The position numbers were made by a program, and so were the translations under genes. Of a stretch of DNA of 64,000 nt, positions 1 through 12,245 are shown piece after piece. Positions within the stretch are counted from its first letter, which is position 1. Every line of letters begins with the position of its first letter. Source of the DNA: Anaeromyxobacter sp. (GTDB lineage Bacteria; Myxococcota; Myxococcia; Myxococcales; Anaeromyxobacteraceae); assembly GCA_049840735.1 (NCBI GenBank), contig JASGJN010000007.1:192001-256000 (forward strand). The letters are read 5' to 3'. The notes under the pieces are model-generated. The model saw nothing but the letters and a program-made list of their open reading frames with translations. It was not told the origin of the DNA and searched no databases.

Positions 1-212
1 AGACGTCGCCGGCGCGGTCCGCGCGGCGCGCGTCCGGCTCGCACCCGGACGCGCGGTTGCATGCGCGCGCGCCCTACGGCGCGGCCTTTCCTCGCACCTG
101 CCTGCCCGTGGTCCTCTCCCAGGGTCCCTCGGTCGCGTGACGCGCGCCCAGGGGACCCACCGCGGCGGAGCCCTCCGGCCAACCGCTCGCTCGCCAGGAG
201 AGGTGATCAGGC

Positions 213-2740
213 ATGATGCGTCGTCGCAGCGTCTCCCGCCGTCCCACGGTCGCTCGCGCGCCGTGGCTGTCCCTTCGACCCTGCGCCGGGCTGCTGGCCC
301 TGGCGCTCCTGGCCGCCTGCGGCGGCAGCGGGGAGGATGGGGACGGGCTGGAGCAGGTGCCGCCCCCGGCCGATCCCGCCCTGGCGGCAGGCTGCGTGAG
401 CGCGTCGGCGCCGGGCGGCTACGTCGGGCAGGCGCTGGGGAGGCAGGCCGGCGTCTTCGAGGTGGTCTGGACCGCGACGCCCTCGGCGGCCAAGGTGGAC
501 GCGGCGGTCGCGCTCTCCAGCGGCTTCGTGACGGGCAAGGGCTGGGCGCCCCTGGCCGCCATCGTCCGCTTCAACACCTCCGGCACCATCGACGCCTACA
601 ACGGCACCGGCTACACGGCCGCGGCGCGCGTGCCCTACGCGGCCGGCGCGCGCTACCGCGTCCGCGTGGTGGCCAGCGTCCCTGCGCACACCTACTCGGC
701 CTGGGTCACGCCGCCGGGCGGCGCCGAGCAGGTCCTCGCCAGCAACTACGCGTTCCGCAGCGGCCAGGGGGCGGTGACCAGCCTTGACACCTGGGTGACC
801 GCGGCCTCCTCGGTCGGCCGGCTGGACGCCTGCCTGGCCTCGGTGGGCCCGCTGGTCGGCCGGCTGTCCGCCAGCCCGGGCGCGGTCGCCTTCGGCGACG
901 TGGCGGTAGGGGCCCGCCTCTCGCGCACGGTCAGCCTCTCCAACGCCGGGAACGCCGACCTGACCATCTCCTCCCTGGCCACCTCCGGCGCCGGCCTGGC
1001 CGCCTCCGGGCTGGCCACCCCCGCCACGCTGAAGCCTGGCGAGAGCCGCACGCTGACCCTCACCTTCGCCCCCACCGCGGCGGGCACCCTCGGCGGCGCG
1101 GGTCTCGGTGGCCAGCAACGGCCAGCCCTCGCCGCTGGTGGTGTCGGCCACCGGCAACGGCGTCCAGTCCGCCCCCACCGCGACGCCCCCGCCGGCCGGC
1201 GTGGTCCCGGCCTTCCCCGGCGCCGAGGGCGGCGGCGCGCTCTCCCGCGGCGGCCGCGGCGGCGCCGTGCTGGAGGTGACCACCCTGGCCGACTCCGGCG
1301 CCGGCTCGCTGCGCGCCTGCGTGGCCGCCTCCGGGCCGCGCACCTGCGTGTTCCGCGTCTCCGGCACCATCCAGCTGCTCAGCACGCTCTGGATCATCAA
1401 CCCCTACCTGACCATCGCCGGCCAGACCGCGCCGGGCGACGGCATCCAGATCACCGGGCCGTTCTCCACCGGCAGCGCCGCCTCGGCTACAAACGCCGCC
1501 GGCGTCAACTCCATCGTGATCGGCACGCACGACGTGGTGCTGCGCTACCTGCGCATCCGCCGCGGCCTCATCAAGGAGGACCTCTGCGGCGGCGCCACCT
1601 GCGACTGGGCCCGCTGCCGCGCCGGCGACCGGCAGGGCACGGCCTGTCTCGTGTCCAACAAGCCCGACGGGCTGGGCTTCTCCCCCAACGCCACCGCCAA
1701 CGGCGCGGTCGAGAACGTGATCGTGGACCACGTCTCGTCGGAGTGGGCGGAGGGCAAGGCGTTCGGCGCCTGGAACAACGTCGGCGTGAACAAGCTCCGC
1801 AACGTCACCATCCAGTGGTGCCTGGCCTCGGAGGCGCTCAAGGCGCACTCCACCAACTTCATCGTCGGCTCCAACAACCCCGGGGGTGGAGTCCACCCGC
1901 GCCATCTCCAACTCCATCACCGACTTCGACTGGCACCACAACCTGACCATGAGCAGCTCGCACCGGCACCCGCTCATCAAGGCCAAGCGGTCGCGGTTCG
2001 TGAACAACGTGGTCTACAACTGGGGGGCCTTCGCCACGCAGATTGGCGGCGGCGCGCAGGTGGACCTGGTCTCCAACGTCTACCGCGCCGGCCCCATGAC
2101 GCCGCCCGGGCAGCACGAGATCCAGCTCTACCCCTGGACCGACAACACCACCACGCCCTCCGGCGACCCGTCCATCTACGCGGCCGGGAACATCGGCCCC
2201 AACAACGCCGACCCGGCCGCGAACAACTGGGGCCGGATGCTCTACTGGATCACCGGCGAGTCGGTGCCGGAGGGGCGGGCCGGTGAGTTCGTGCTCGACG
2301 GCAGCCAGTACCGGCGCACCGCGCCGCTGGCGGCGCAGGCGCTGCCCATCACCACCAGCCCGGCCGGCCAGGCGCTGGTGGACCAGGTGGCCACCTACGC
2401 CGGCGCGGCCCACCGGCTGGACTGCTCCGGGCGCTGGGTGGCGAACCGCGACGTGCTGGACCGGCGCATCGTGAACGACCTCCAGGGCGGCACCGGCCCC
2501 CGCACCAACGCCAGCGACTGCACGGGCTCCACCTGCCTGCCGCAGAGCGAGATCAACACGCCGGAGGGGAACTTCCCCACCTTCGTCTCCTCGGTGCCCT
2601 GCGCCGACGCCGATCACGACGGGATGCCGGACGCCTACGAGCTGGCGCGCGCCCTCAACCCGAACGACGCCAGCGACGGCAAGCAGGTGGGCAGCGACGG
2701 CTACACCAACCTGGAGCGTTACCTGGCCGGCACCTGGTGA
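213..2740 (+). CDS. Lipoprotein: N-terminal beta-sandwich + Ig-like (choice-of-anchor D/ASH-like) domain + pectate lyase (PL1-like beta-helix) domain; split by two frameshifts (~1101, ~1884)
   Basis: Lipobox LLAAC; AFPGAEGGGALSRGGRGG..EVTTLADSGAGSLR start of the lyase domain; VDHVS and HRHPLIK motifs; C-terminal DADHDGMPDAYE..GYTNLERYL. ORFs 213-, 1108- and 1886-2740 join if one G is removed from each of two G-runs. Confidence 0.8.
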
Positions 2741-3951
2741 GCGGCGCCGGGTGGCGCGCGCGCGCCACCCGCCGCGCCCGCCCGGCGCGCCTCGACCTCC
2801 GCCCGGAAGCGGCGGACGAGCGCGTCGCGGCGGGCCTCCAGCGCCGGCCAGGCGTGATTGGCGGCGGCCTCCCAGTTGCGGCGGGCCGCCGCCGCCTGCG
2901 TCCCGGGGCTGCGCGCCAGCAGCGCCAGCCGCTCCGCCAGCCCGGCGGCGTCCCCGGGGCGGTGGAGCCAGCGGGGCTCGAGCAGCTCCGGGATCCCGCC
3001 CGCGGTGGAGCCCACCGCCGGCAGCGCCCGGCTCATGGCCTCGATGAGCGCCCGCGGCAGCCCCTCGGTCAGGCTCGGCGCCACGCAGGCGTCGAGCCCA
3101 TCCAGCCACCCGAGCACCCCGGCCCCCTGCGGCAGCGGACCGGCCAGCGTCACCTGCTCCGCCAGGCCCAGCGCCGCCGCCCGGGCGCGCCAGGGGGCGG
3201 CCTCGCCCACGCCGATGCAGCGGAGCGCGGCGGGGATCCCGGCCTGCCGCAGCCGCGCCAGCGCCTCCAGCGCCGTGGCGTGCCCCTTGTACCGGACGTC
3301 GTAGGAGCCGATCAGGCCGAACGTGAACGGCTGGCCCGGCGCCGCGGCGGCGATGCGCGCCAGCCGGCGCTCCAGCACCTCCGGGCGCGGGGGCTCGATC
3401 ATCACGTTGGAGGCCGCCACCCACTCGCCGCGGGGGCGGTAGCGCCGCTGCAGGTGCTCCCGCGTCACGTAGATGGAGCGCGGCGCGCGCGCGAGGTAGT
3501 GGCGGTTGAGCAGCAACATGGGCCAGGCCGCGGCCTTGCCGCGCCAGCTGCCGTGGTTCCAGAGCGCCTCGAAGGCGTCCCCCACCACCTCCGCCATCCA
3601 CGGGGTGCCGCGCCGCAGCGCCTCGCGGCAGCCCACCACGCCGGCCAGCCCGGGCATGCGCACCACCGCCCCGTCCGCGCGCGCCAGCACCTCGCGGGCG
3701 CGCGCCGCCAGCGCGGCGGCGTAGCGGGGCAGCGCCAGGCCGGAGGGGACGCAGGCGAACTCCACCCCCGGGCCGCTGGCCAGGCTGCGGCCGCGCCCGT
3801 CCCCCGGCTCCATGCGCGCCACCACCACCACCCGGTCGAAGTGGGCGAGGTAGCGGGCGAAGGCGCGGTAGGGGAGCGCCCCGCAGCTCCACCAGGTGCC
3901 GTCGCGGTCCAGGGTGAACCGCTCGTCGTGGAAGAAGGCGGCGGTCGGCAT
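2719..3951 (-). CDS. Glycosyltransferase, GT-B fold (GT4-like)
   Basis: MPTAAFFHDERF start; YKGHATALEA and PSLTEGLPRALIEAMSRALPAVGSTAGGIPELL (EX7E) motifs. Confidence 0.85.
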   Translation of the reverse strand: MPTAAFFHDERFTLDRDGTWWSCGALPYRAFARYLAHFDRVVVVARMEPGDGRGRSLASGPGVEFACVPSGLALPRYAAALAARAREVLARADGAVVRMPGLAGVVGCREALRRGTPWMAEVVGDAFEALWNHGSWRGKAAAWPMLLLNRHYLARAPRSIYVTREHLQRRYRPRGEWVAASNVMIEPPRPEVLERRLARIAAAAPGQPFTFGLIGSYDVRYKGHATALEALARLRQAGIPAALRCIGVGEAAPWRARAAALGLAEQVTLAGPLPQGAGVLGWLDGLDACVAPSLTEGLPRALIEAMSRALPAVGSTAGGIPELLEPRWLHRPGDAAGLAERLALLARSPGTQAAAARRNWEAAANHAWPALEARRDALVRRFRAEVEARRAGAAGGARAPPGAAHQVPAR

Positions 3952-4054
3952 GGGGAGTCCTCCGGTCCGGAGACAATCTAGGCGCCCGCACGACCCGGGC
4001 CCGCGTTGCCGCCCTTCCCGCCGCGCCTTAGCTTCGCCACCCGGGGGGTGGACG

Positions 4055-5174
4055 GTGGAACGGGCGCGCGTGCTCCACGTGGTAGGTCGCATGGGGCGCG
4101 GCGGCGTGGAGACCTGGCTGCTCCAGGTGCTCCGCGCGGCCAGCCCCGGCGTGGCCATGGACTTCCTGGTCACGAGCGCAGCGCCGGGCGAGCACGACGC
4201 CGAGCTGCGGCGGCTGGGCGCCCAGGTGCTCCCCGTCCCCCCGCCCGGCCGCCCGCTGGCCTTCGCGCGGGCCTTCCGCGAGCGGCTGGCCGCGCACGGC
4301 CCCTACGGCGTCGTGCACAGCCACCTGCACCATTTCAGCGGCGTGGTGCTGGCGCTGGCCCACCGGGCCGGGGTGCCGATCCGGATCGCCCACAGCCACT
4401 CCGACACGCGCGCGGTGGACGCCGCGGCCTCGCCGCTGCGCCGCGCCTACCTGCGCCTCACCGAGGCGCTGGTCCGGCGCCACGCCACGGCCGGGTTCGC
4501 CGCCAGCGCCGGCGCCGCGGCCGCGCTGTTCGGCGAGGCCTGGCGCGAGGACGCCCGCTGGCGCATCGCCCGCTGCGGCCTGGACTTCGGCGCCTTCCGC
4601 GCGCCCGCCGATCGCGCCGCCGTGCGCGCCTCGCTGGGGCTGCCGCCGGACGCGCTGGTGATCGGCCACGTCGGGCGGTTCGACGACTGCAAGAACCAGC
4701 GGCTGCTGGTGGAGGTGGCCGCCTGGCTGCGCGCGCGCGCCGCGGGCGCGGGTGGTGCTGGTGGGGGACGGCCCGCTGCGCGCCGAGCTGCAGGCCGAGG
4801 CGGCGCGGCGCGGGGTGGGGGACCGGGTGATCTTCGCCGGGGCGAGGGGGGACGTGCCCATGCTGCTGCAGGCGTTCGACGTCTTCGCGCTGCCGTCGCT
4901 GCGCGAGGGGCTGCCGCTGGTGGGGCTGGAGGCGCAGGCGGCGGGCCGGCCGCTGGTGCTGGCCGACCACATCACGCGCGAGCTGGTGGTGGTGCCGGAG
5001 CTGTTCAGCTGGGTGCCGGTGGAGGCGCCGGCCGCGGCCTGGGGAGAGGCGCTGCTGCACGCCGCGGAGCGGCCGCCGGCGGCGGGAGACCCTGTGGCGG
5101 CGCTGGAGCGGAGCGAGTTCGCGCTGGCGCGGTCGCTGCCGGGGCTGCTCCACGCCTGGGCGGCGGCGGCGTGA
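4055..5174 (+). CDS. Glycosyltransferase GT-B (EpsF-like); frameshift at ~4740-4752
   Basis: RVLHVVGRMGRGGVETWL, VVHSH, RIAHSH, IGHVGRF..KNQ in one frame; PSLREGLPLVGLEAQAAG in the next frame (4752-5174). Confidence 0.8.
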
Positions 5175-6836
5175 GCCGCGCGCGCGCTGGCCCCGCCTGC
5201 AGGCAATCGCGCTGGCCGCGCTGGCAGGGCGCGCCTGCGGCCCGGCCACCACCAGCCCGGGTCCGGTGGCCCGGGCCACCGCGGCGCTGGCGGCCTTCCC
5301 GGGCGCCGAGGGCGGCGGGGCGCTCGCGGCGGGCGGCCGGGGCGGTGTCGGCGGTGGAGGTGACCGCGCTGGACGACGCCGGGCAGGGCTCGCTGCGCGC
5401 CTGCGTGGAGCGGGTCGGCCCGCGGACCTGCGTCTTCCGCGTGGCCGGCACCATCGTGCTGCGCACGCCGCTGCAGGTCGAGGCGCCGTTCCTGACCATC
5501 GCCGGCCAGACGGCGCCCGGCGGCGTCCAGCTGGTGGGCCCGTTCTCGACCGGGCAGCCCGACTTCGAATCCGCAACACCCCCGGCGCCAGCACGGTGGT
5601 CGTCTCCACCCATGACGTGGTGATCCGCTACCTGCGGAATCCGGCACGGGCTGGTGCTGGGCGACCTCTGCGCTGGCGCGGGCTGCGACCCGCTCCGCTG
5701 CCGCTCCGGCGACCGCCAGGGCGGCGCCTGCCGCGTGGCGGCCAAGCCGGACGGCATCACCCTGACGCCCGGGCGCGGCCCGGACGGCGCGGTGGAGCGG
5801 GTGATGCTCGACCACGTCTCGGTGGCCTGGAGCAGCGGCAAGGCCTTCGGCGCCTGGAACAACCAGGCGCCGGACCGGCTGCGCAGCGTCACCATCATCC
5901 AGTGGAGCCTGGCGGCCGAGTCGCTCAAGGGGCACTCCACCAGCCTCATCGTGGGCTCGGACGACCCGCGCACCGGCGACGCCCGGCCCCTCTCCGACTC
6001 CATCACCGACTTCGACTGGCACCACGGCCTGAGCATGAGCAGCTCGCACCGCCACCCGCTCATCAAGGCCCGCAGCGCACGGTTCGTGAACAACCTGGTC
6101 TACAACTGGTCGTTCTACGCCACGCAGAATCGGCGGCGGGGCCCAGGTGGACCTGATCGGGAACGTCTACAAGGCGGGCCCCATGACCCGCAGCGGCCAC
6201 GTGGTGCAGGCCTATCCGGCCGAGGCCAACCGGACCGTCCCCTCCGGCCTGCTCTCGCTCCACCTGGACGGGAACGTCGCGCCCGGCCACGCCGACCCCG
6301 CCGCCGACGGCTGGGGCGCGCTCACCGCCGCGGTGCCGGACGAGAACGCCGACGAGGGTGGGCCGCTGGACACGGCGCTGCGGCGCGCGACGCCGCTCCC
6401 CGCGCCTGGGCGGGCCCTCACCGTGGACAAGGCCGGGCCGGCGCTGGAGGCGGCCGTGCTGGCCACGGTGGGCGCCTCGCGCCGGCTCGGCTGCGACGGG
6501 CGCTGGGTGGACGCGCGGGACGCGCTGGACCGCCGGCTGGTGCAGGACTACCGGGACGGGACCGGGCCGCGCCACGCGCAGGGGAGCTGCACCGGCGGGG
6601 GTTGCCTGCCGCAGAGCGAGCTGGACACGCCCGAGGCCGGCTTCCCCGACCAGCCCACCGCCGAGGCCTGCCCGGACGGAGATCACGACGGCCTGCCCGA
6701 CGCCTGGGAGGCCGCGCACGGGCTCGACCCCGCCGACCCTGCCGATGCGCGGGCGGCGCTGCCCGACGGCACCACGCAGCTGGAGACCTACCTGGCCGGC
6801 GAGGAGTCGCCGGCCTCGCGCCGGGCCGGGCGCTGA
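5171..6836 (+). CDS. Second pectate-lyase-like protein, paralog of 213-2740 without the N-terminal domains; several frameshifts (~5345, ~5575, ~5640, ~6130)
   Basis: AFPGAEGGGALAAGGRGG, SLRACV..GPRTCVFRV, TIAGQTAPG, SDSITDFDWHHGLSMSSSHRHPLIKA and DGDHDGLPDAWE segments, colinear with the first lyase across frames; GTG start overlaps the upstream TGA. Confidence 0.75.
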
Positions 6837-8077
6837 GCCCGGGCCGCTGCCGTCCCGTCCCCGCGCAGCAGCGTCCCGTACGCCTCCGCCAGCGCCTCGC
6901 GCACTTGCGCCGGGCGGTAGCGCTCCAGCACCCGGCGGCGCGCGGCGCGCCCATGCGCCGCTGCCAGCGGTGGGTCCGCGAGGTAACGCTCCAGCGCGCC
7001 GGCCAGCGCGCCGGGATCGCGCGACGGCACCAGCGTGCCGGTCACCCCGTCCACCACCGCGTCCACGCAGCCGTCCACGCGGCTGGCCACGACCGGCAGG
7101 CCGGCCGCGGCCGCCTCCAGCGGCACGGTGGGGAAGCCCTCGCGGTAGGTGGGGACCGCCACCAGGTCCAGCCCGGCGTAGAACGCCGGTGTGTCGGACA
7201 CGTCCCCCAGCAGCCGCACGCGCGGATCCATGACCAGCCGCTCCAGCACCCCGGGCGCCACCGGATCGGAGTCGTCCGGCTCCCCGGCCAGGAAGAGCCA
7301 GGCCTCGGGCCGCCGCTCCCGCAGGATGGCCCAGGCGGCGGCCAGCTCGGCGAGCCCCTTGTCCTGCGCCAGCCGCCCCAGGAAGCCCACCGCCTTCGCC
7401 CCCTCCGGCAGCCCCAGCGCGGCGCGCGAGGCGGCCCGCGCCGCGGCCGACGCGGGCGCGAACCGCTCGCCGTCCACGCCGTTGATGCTCCCCTCGGCCA
7501 CCACCCGCACCTTCCCGGGCGCGCACAGCCGCTCGTCCACCAGCCGCTCCGCCACCGAGCGGCTCACCGGGAGGACGCAGGTGGCCAGCCGGCAGGCCAC
7601 GCGCTCGGCGGCGCGCAGCAGGCGCCGGCGGCGGCCGGTGGCGGTGGAGAGCGGCAGCCCGTGCACGTGGTAGACGCGCACCGGCACGCGCGCCAGCCAG
7701 GCCGCCAGCATGCCAATCAGGCCACCCTTGGGCGTGTGGGCGTCCACCACCGCCGGGCGCAGGCGGCGGAGCGTGCGCCAGGCCAGGAGCAGCGCGCGCA
7801 GATCGCGCAGCGGGGTGATGGCGCGCGCCATGGGGACGGGGTGGACAGGTACGCCCTCGCGCTGGCCGAAGCGCTCCAGCGCCGCGCCGGGCGCGGAGAG
7901 CGCGTGCACCTCGAGGCCGCAGCGCGCCCGCACCACCGCGGCGTGGCCGTCAAGGAAGCCGAGCGTCTCGCCGATGGTGCTGACGTGCACCAGGCGCCGA
8001 GGCGTCGGCGGCAGGGTGGGCGAGGGCGGGGTGGGCGAGGGCAGGGCGGCTCCGATCGCCCCGCAATGTAGCCACAC
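6788..8077 (-). CDS. Glycosyltransferase family 4 (start uncertain)
   Basis: HTPKGGLIG, GSINGVD, GFLGRLAQDKG, PTYREGFPTVPLEAAAAGLPVV motifs. Confidence 0.88.
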   Translation of the reverse strand: MWLHCGAIGAALPSPTPPSPTLPPTPRRLVHVSTIGETLGFLDGHAAVVRARCGLEVHALSAPGAALERFGQREGVPVHPVPMARAITPLRDLRALLLAWRTLRRLRPAVVDAHTPKGGLIGMLAAWLARVPVRVYHVHGLPLSTATGRRRRLLRAAERVACRLATCVLPVSRSVAERLVDERLCAPGKVRVVAEGSINGVDGERFAPASAAARAASRAALGLPEGAKAVGFLGRLAQDKGLAELAAAWAILRERRPEAWLFLAGEPDDSDPVAPGVLERLVMDPRVRLLGDVSDTPAFYAGLDLVAVPTYREGFPTVPLEAAAAGLPVVASRVDGCVDAVVDGVTGTLVPSRDPGALAGALERYLADPPLAAAHGRAARRRVLERYRPAQVREALAEAYGTLLRGDGTAAARAQRPARREAGDSSPAR

Positions 8078-8229
8078 CCGCCAGGCGAGACAGTCGGGAG
8101 CACGCCGGTGAACAGGCAGGAGGGCGACACGGGGCGGGGAGCCGTGCGCATCGGGGTGCCCCCGTGTGATCAGGGGCTGCGGCCCGCCCGGCCGGTGGGC
8201 ATGGTGACAGCGCCGGCGGGGGGGGCGGA

Positions 8230-9027
8230 ATGGGCGAGGTGCGGGAGGCGCGGCCGGAGGACGCCGGGGGGATCGTGGAGGCGCTGCGGGCCGGGATGCC
8301 GGCCCGGGCGGTGCCGTACACCATCTTCGGCGGCAGCGGCATCGACCGGTTCGTGAGCGAGGCGGTGGGCGGCGCGCCCCGCGGCCTGGGCCGGTTCTGG
8401 GTCTGGGAGGCGGGCGGGCGCGTGGACGGCTTCGCCGAGCTGCGCCGGGAGGGCGAGCGCCTCTTCCTGAACCACGTCTACGTCCACCCCCGCGCGCAGG
8501 ATCGCGGCGCGGGGCGCGCGCTGCTCCGGGCCGCGCTGGCGGCGTCGGCCGCCGGGGCCGAGGAGCTGGAGCTGGAGGTCTTCTCCGGGAACGCGCGGGC
8601 CATCGGCTGGTACCGGACGCTGGGGCTCCAGCCGGTGGGAGCGGCCGGCTGGTGGCTGGTCCCCTGGCCTCCGGACCGGCCGCGGGTGGCCGGCTGGCGC
8701 GCCGTGGGGCTGGGGGAGGCGGCGGCGGCGCACGCGCGCTACGGCTTCTCGCGCTTCGCGCTGGAGGACGGCTCCGGACGCCGCTTCACGCTGGGCCGGC
8801 TGGGGGCGCGCGCGCTGCGTACGCTGGAGCCCGGGCTGGTGCAGGCGCCCGGGGCGCTGGCGGCGCTCGCGGCGCTGGGGCTGGCGGAGCGGCTGCTCTG
8901 CATCGCGCCCGGCCCGGCGCCCTCGTCCCAGGCGACGCTGCTGATCGAGGCGCTCCGCATGCGCGGACCGGCGGTGTACGCGCTGGCGCGCTGCAGCCCG
9001 GCAGCGGGCGAGCGCCCGGTCGCCTGA
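8230..9027 (+). CDS. GNAT family N-acetyltransferase with C-terminal extension
   Basis: LNHVYVHPRAQDRGAGRALL (acetyl-CoA motif A) and LEVFSGNARAIGWYRTLG (motif B). Confidence 0.75.
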   Translation: MGEVREARPEDAGGIVEALRAGMPARAVPYTIFGGSGIDRFVSEAVGGAPRGLGRFWVWEAGGRVDGFAELRREGERLFLNHVYVHPRAQDRGAGRALLRAALAASAAGAEELELEVFSGNARAIGWYRTLGLQPVGAAGWWLVPWPPDRPRVAGWRAVGLGEAAAAHARYGFSRFALEDGSGRRFTLGRLGARALRTLEPGLVQAPGALAALAALGLAERLLCIAPGPAPSSQATLLIEALRMRGPAVYALARCSPAAGERPVA

Positions 9028-9134
9028 TCCGGCGCGGGCCGGCGCCCACACGCCGTCCCTATCTGCCCACCTCACCCGGAGTCTACCCTGCCGGGGAGCC
9101 CTGACCGCCCGACGTGCGGCCGGGCGCGCCCGGC

Positions 9135-11197
9135 ATGCACCTCCCTCGACGCGCGGCCAGGGTCGCCGCCGCCCTGCTGCTCGCCAGCTGCTCCGCTGCC
9201 CCCGAGGCGCCGGCCCCACCGCCGGCCATCCGGAGCGGCGGGCCCATCGAGGACGCGCCGCAGTACCTGGGCGTGCGGCTCTCCGGAAACCAGACGCCGG
9301 TGCGCGACACCGCGGTGAACCGCGCCCGCTGCGACTGGCCGGAGGACCTGCCGTTCCTGGGGGACGACGAGCTCTGCGTGCTGCTCACGCGCGACCTGGT
9401 GGAGCGGGTGCCGGATCAGGCGCGGCGCCGGTGGATGGTGGCGCGGGGGCTGCGTGAGCTGCGCCAGGCCGCGCTGGGCAACGGGCTGGAGGCGCCCGGG
9501 CGCCGGCTGGCGGTGGAGGTGATCCTCGACACGCTCAACGTGCCGGCCGGACGCGCGGACCGGCTCGAGGCCTGGCTCGAGGACCTGCTGGCCGCGGCGG
9601 TCCAGGAGCGGATCGCGCTGATCGTGAACGTGGACACGGTCAACTGGATGAACGCCCGGCCCGACGTGTGGACGGCGGCCGACGCGATCGAGACGCCGTT
9701 CGCCGGGACCGCGTTCGTCACCTGGCGGAACTGGGGGCGGCAGCTGCGGGTGGGGACGCCGGCGCCCAACCTGGCCTCGCCCCGCTTCCGCGGCGCGAAC
9801 GCCGAGGTGGTGCGCCGGCTGCTGCCGCACCTGGCCGCGTTCCGGGCGGCGCTGGCGCCGGAGGACCGCTGGCTCTACGGCGGCCTGGTCTTCGGCACCG
9901 AGATCAGCGTGGGGGTGAACCACTTCCACTACCGTGGCGGCGAGGCCTGGCTGGCCACCGACGACGAGGCCTGCGACCCCGGCCGCCCGCGCAAGGCCGG
10001 CTGCCCGGGCCCTCCGCCGGACGGCGGGCCCTGCGCCGGCTACAACGGCAACCAGTGCCCGGCCTGGTGCGACGGCCGCTCGCCCAGCATGGGCGTGGAT
10101 CAGCTGGGCTACGCCGCCGCGCGGCAGCTGGGGCTCTTGGGGCCGGACCAGGCCATGACCGCCGCGGCGCTGGACGGGGTGGTGGCGGACTACGTGGCCT
10201 TCCTGGCTGGCCTGGCGGCCGAGGCCGGGCTGCCCGAGCACAAGCTGGTGGCGCACGTGGGCGGGATCTGCGCGCCGGCGGGCGGGCCGCACCGCCTCGG
10301 CGTGGGGCGCTCCGGCAGCGTGGTCCCGGGGACCAGCCTCTACGACGGCTGGGCCCAGCGGCCCCGCCGCCTGCTCTGGACCGCGCTGGAGGCGGACGCG
10401 GCGGTCTCCCCGCTCCCCTGGACCAGCCCGGAGTGGCGCGCCTTCCGGGCGGACGGCGCCCGCCCGGCGCAGGACTGGCTGGACGCGCTCGAGGCCACCG
10501 CGGGCTACGGCAACAACCGGATGGTGATCATGGCCAACTGGGAGGAGGTGGCGCGGGATCCGGGCGCGCTGGCGGCGCTGCGCCGCGCGCTGACGGCGCC
10601 GGCGCCCAGCTTCTGCGCGCTCAGCCCCACGCTCGACCTGGGCCACGCCGTGGTGGCCGCGGAGGGCGGCGGCGCGGCCGGCGTGGCGCTCCGGCTCTCC
10701 ACCAACCCCGGCGCGCGCGCCACGGTCCGCATCTCCACGCGGCGCGCGGTGGACGGCCAGGGGCTCCTCTCCAGCCCGGACCTGGGCGAGTGGTCCGCCG
10801 AGCCGGGCCAGGCGCTGCTGGTGGCGGGCGCGTACCAGGGGCCGGCCTGGGTGCAGGTGGTGACCGAGGGCTGTGGCGGCGCGCGCCGGCTGGTCTCGCC
10901 GCTGGAGCCGCTCCAGGCGGTGGCCGGGGCCGGCCGGCCCGTGGCCGGGCCGTGGCTCTTCACCCGCAGCGAGGGCGGGCGGCGGACCTTCTCCTGGGCG
11001 CTGGGCTCGCCGGCGGGGGCGGTGCGCGCGCTCTGGCTGGAGCGGACGGCCGGGAGCGCCGGGGCCGAGGTGGTGCCGCTCGACCCGGCGCGCGAGACCT
11101 GGACCGCGCCGCCCGGCTGGAGCGGCGCGGTGCGGCTGGGCGTGGAGCTGGAGGAGGGCGGGGCGCGGACGCGCCGGCTGTCGGCGGACGCGCTCGA

Positions 11198-11201
<4 letters not shown>
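9135..11201 (+). CDS. Uncharacterised lipoprotein, possibly glycoside-hydrolase-like (beta/alpha)8 fold
   Basis: Lipobox LLASC; long ORF with coding-like GC3 bias; PNLASPRFR and VFGTEISVG segments; fold call is inference. Confidence 0.6.
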
Positions 11202-11585
<384 letters not shown>

Positions 11586-11601
11586 GGGAGGTACCCTCGG
11601 T

Positions 11602-11994
11602 TCACTTGTAGTCGGTGAGCTTGCGGCGGCCGGCCCCCAGCCTGGGCTCGACCTTGGCCTGGCAGGCCGGGCAGCGGGTGGCGTAGGGCATGAGCGCGAG
11701 GCGGCGGGGGTCCAGCTCCTCCTCGCAGTCCTCGCACAGGCCGAAGTCGTCCGGGGCGCTCGCCAGCTTGCCCAGCGCCCGGTCGATCCGGCCCAGCAGC
11801 TCCGCCTGCCCCTTGTTCCGCTGGCTGGCCAGCACCTGCAGCATCTCGGAGAGCGCCTGGGCGTCCTCGTCGGCGACGCCGGTGCTGACGGGATTGGTCC
11901 GGTTGGGCTCGATCTTGGCCGGGCCGGTGCGGGTGAGCTCGGTCCGGAGCTGCTGCAGGGCGCGCCGGGCCTGGGCGAGGTGCTTCTTGTCCAT
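11602..11994 (-). CDS. TraR/DksA family C4 zinc-finger protein
   Basis: Coiled-coil followed by [29 protein letters not shown]. Confidence 0.88.
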   Translation of the reverse strand: MDKKHLAQARRALQQLRTELTRTGPAKIEPNRTNPVSTGVADEDAQALSEMLQVLASQRNKGQAELLGRIDRALGKLASAPDDFGLCEDCEEELDPRRLALMPYATRCPACQAKVEPRLGAGRRKLTDYK

Positions 11995-12245
11995 GGCCCG
12001 GGAGGACTATCGGACCTCCCGCCGCCGCGCCAGAATCCCTGGGTTGGAACAAGGACGGACAGAACGGGTGTGACATGTGGGAGGGCGCGACATTGCGCCC
12101 ACTGGAGCGTCCGCCGGGATCGACTGAGGGCGGGGTGGGCAACTCGTCACGTTGCCAGTCCCTGCGGGGCCTGGCACCCTCCGGGGCCTCTGGCGGGCCA
12201 CTTCGCCCGCTGTACGCAGCGCCCTCACCGAGGAGTGGGACGGAC

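Noticed and set aside
46..61. Sigma-54-like CGGACGCGCGGTTGCA upstream of the first lyase
   Set aside because: Spacing and the -12 box fit, but the -24 box is a poor match; too weak to call in GC-rich DNA.
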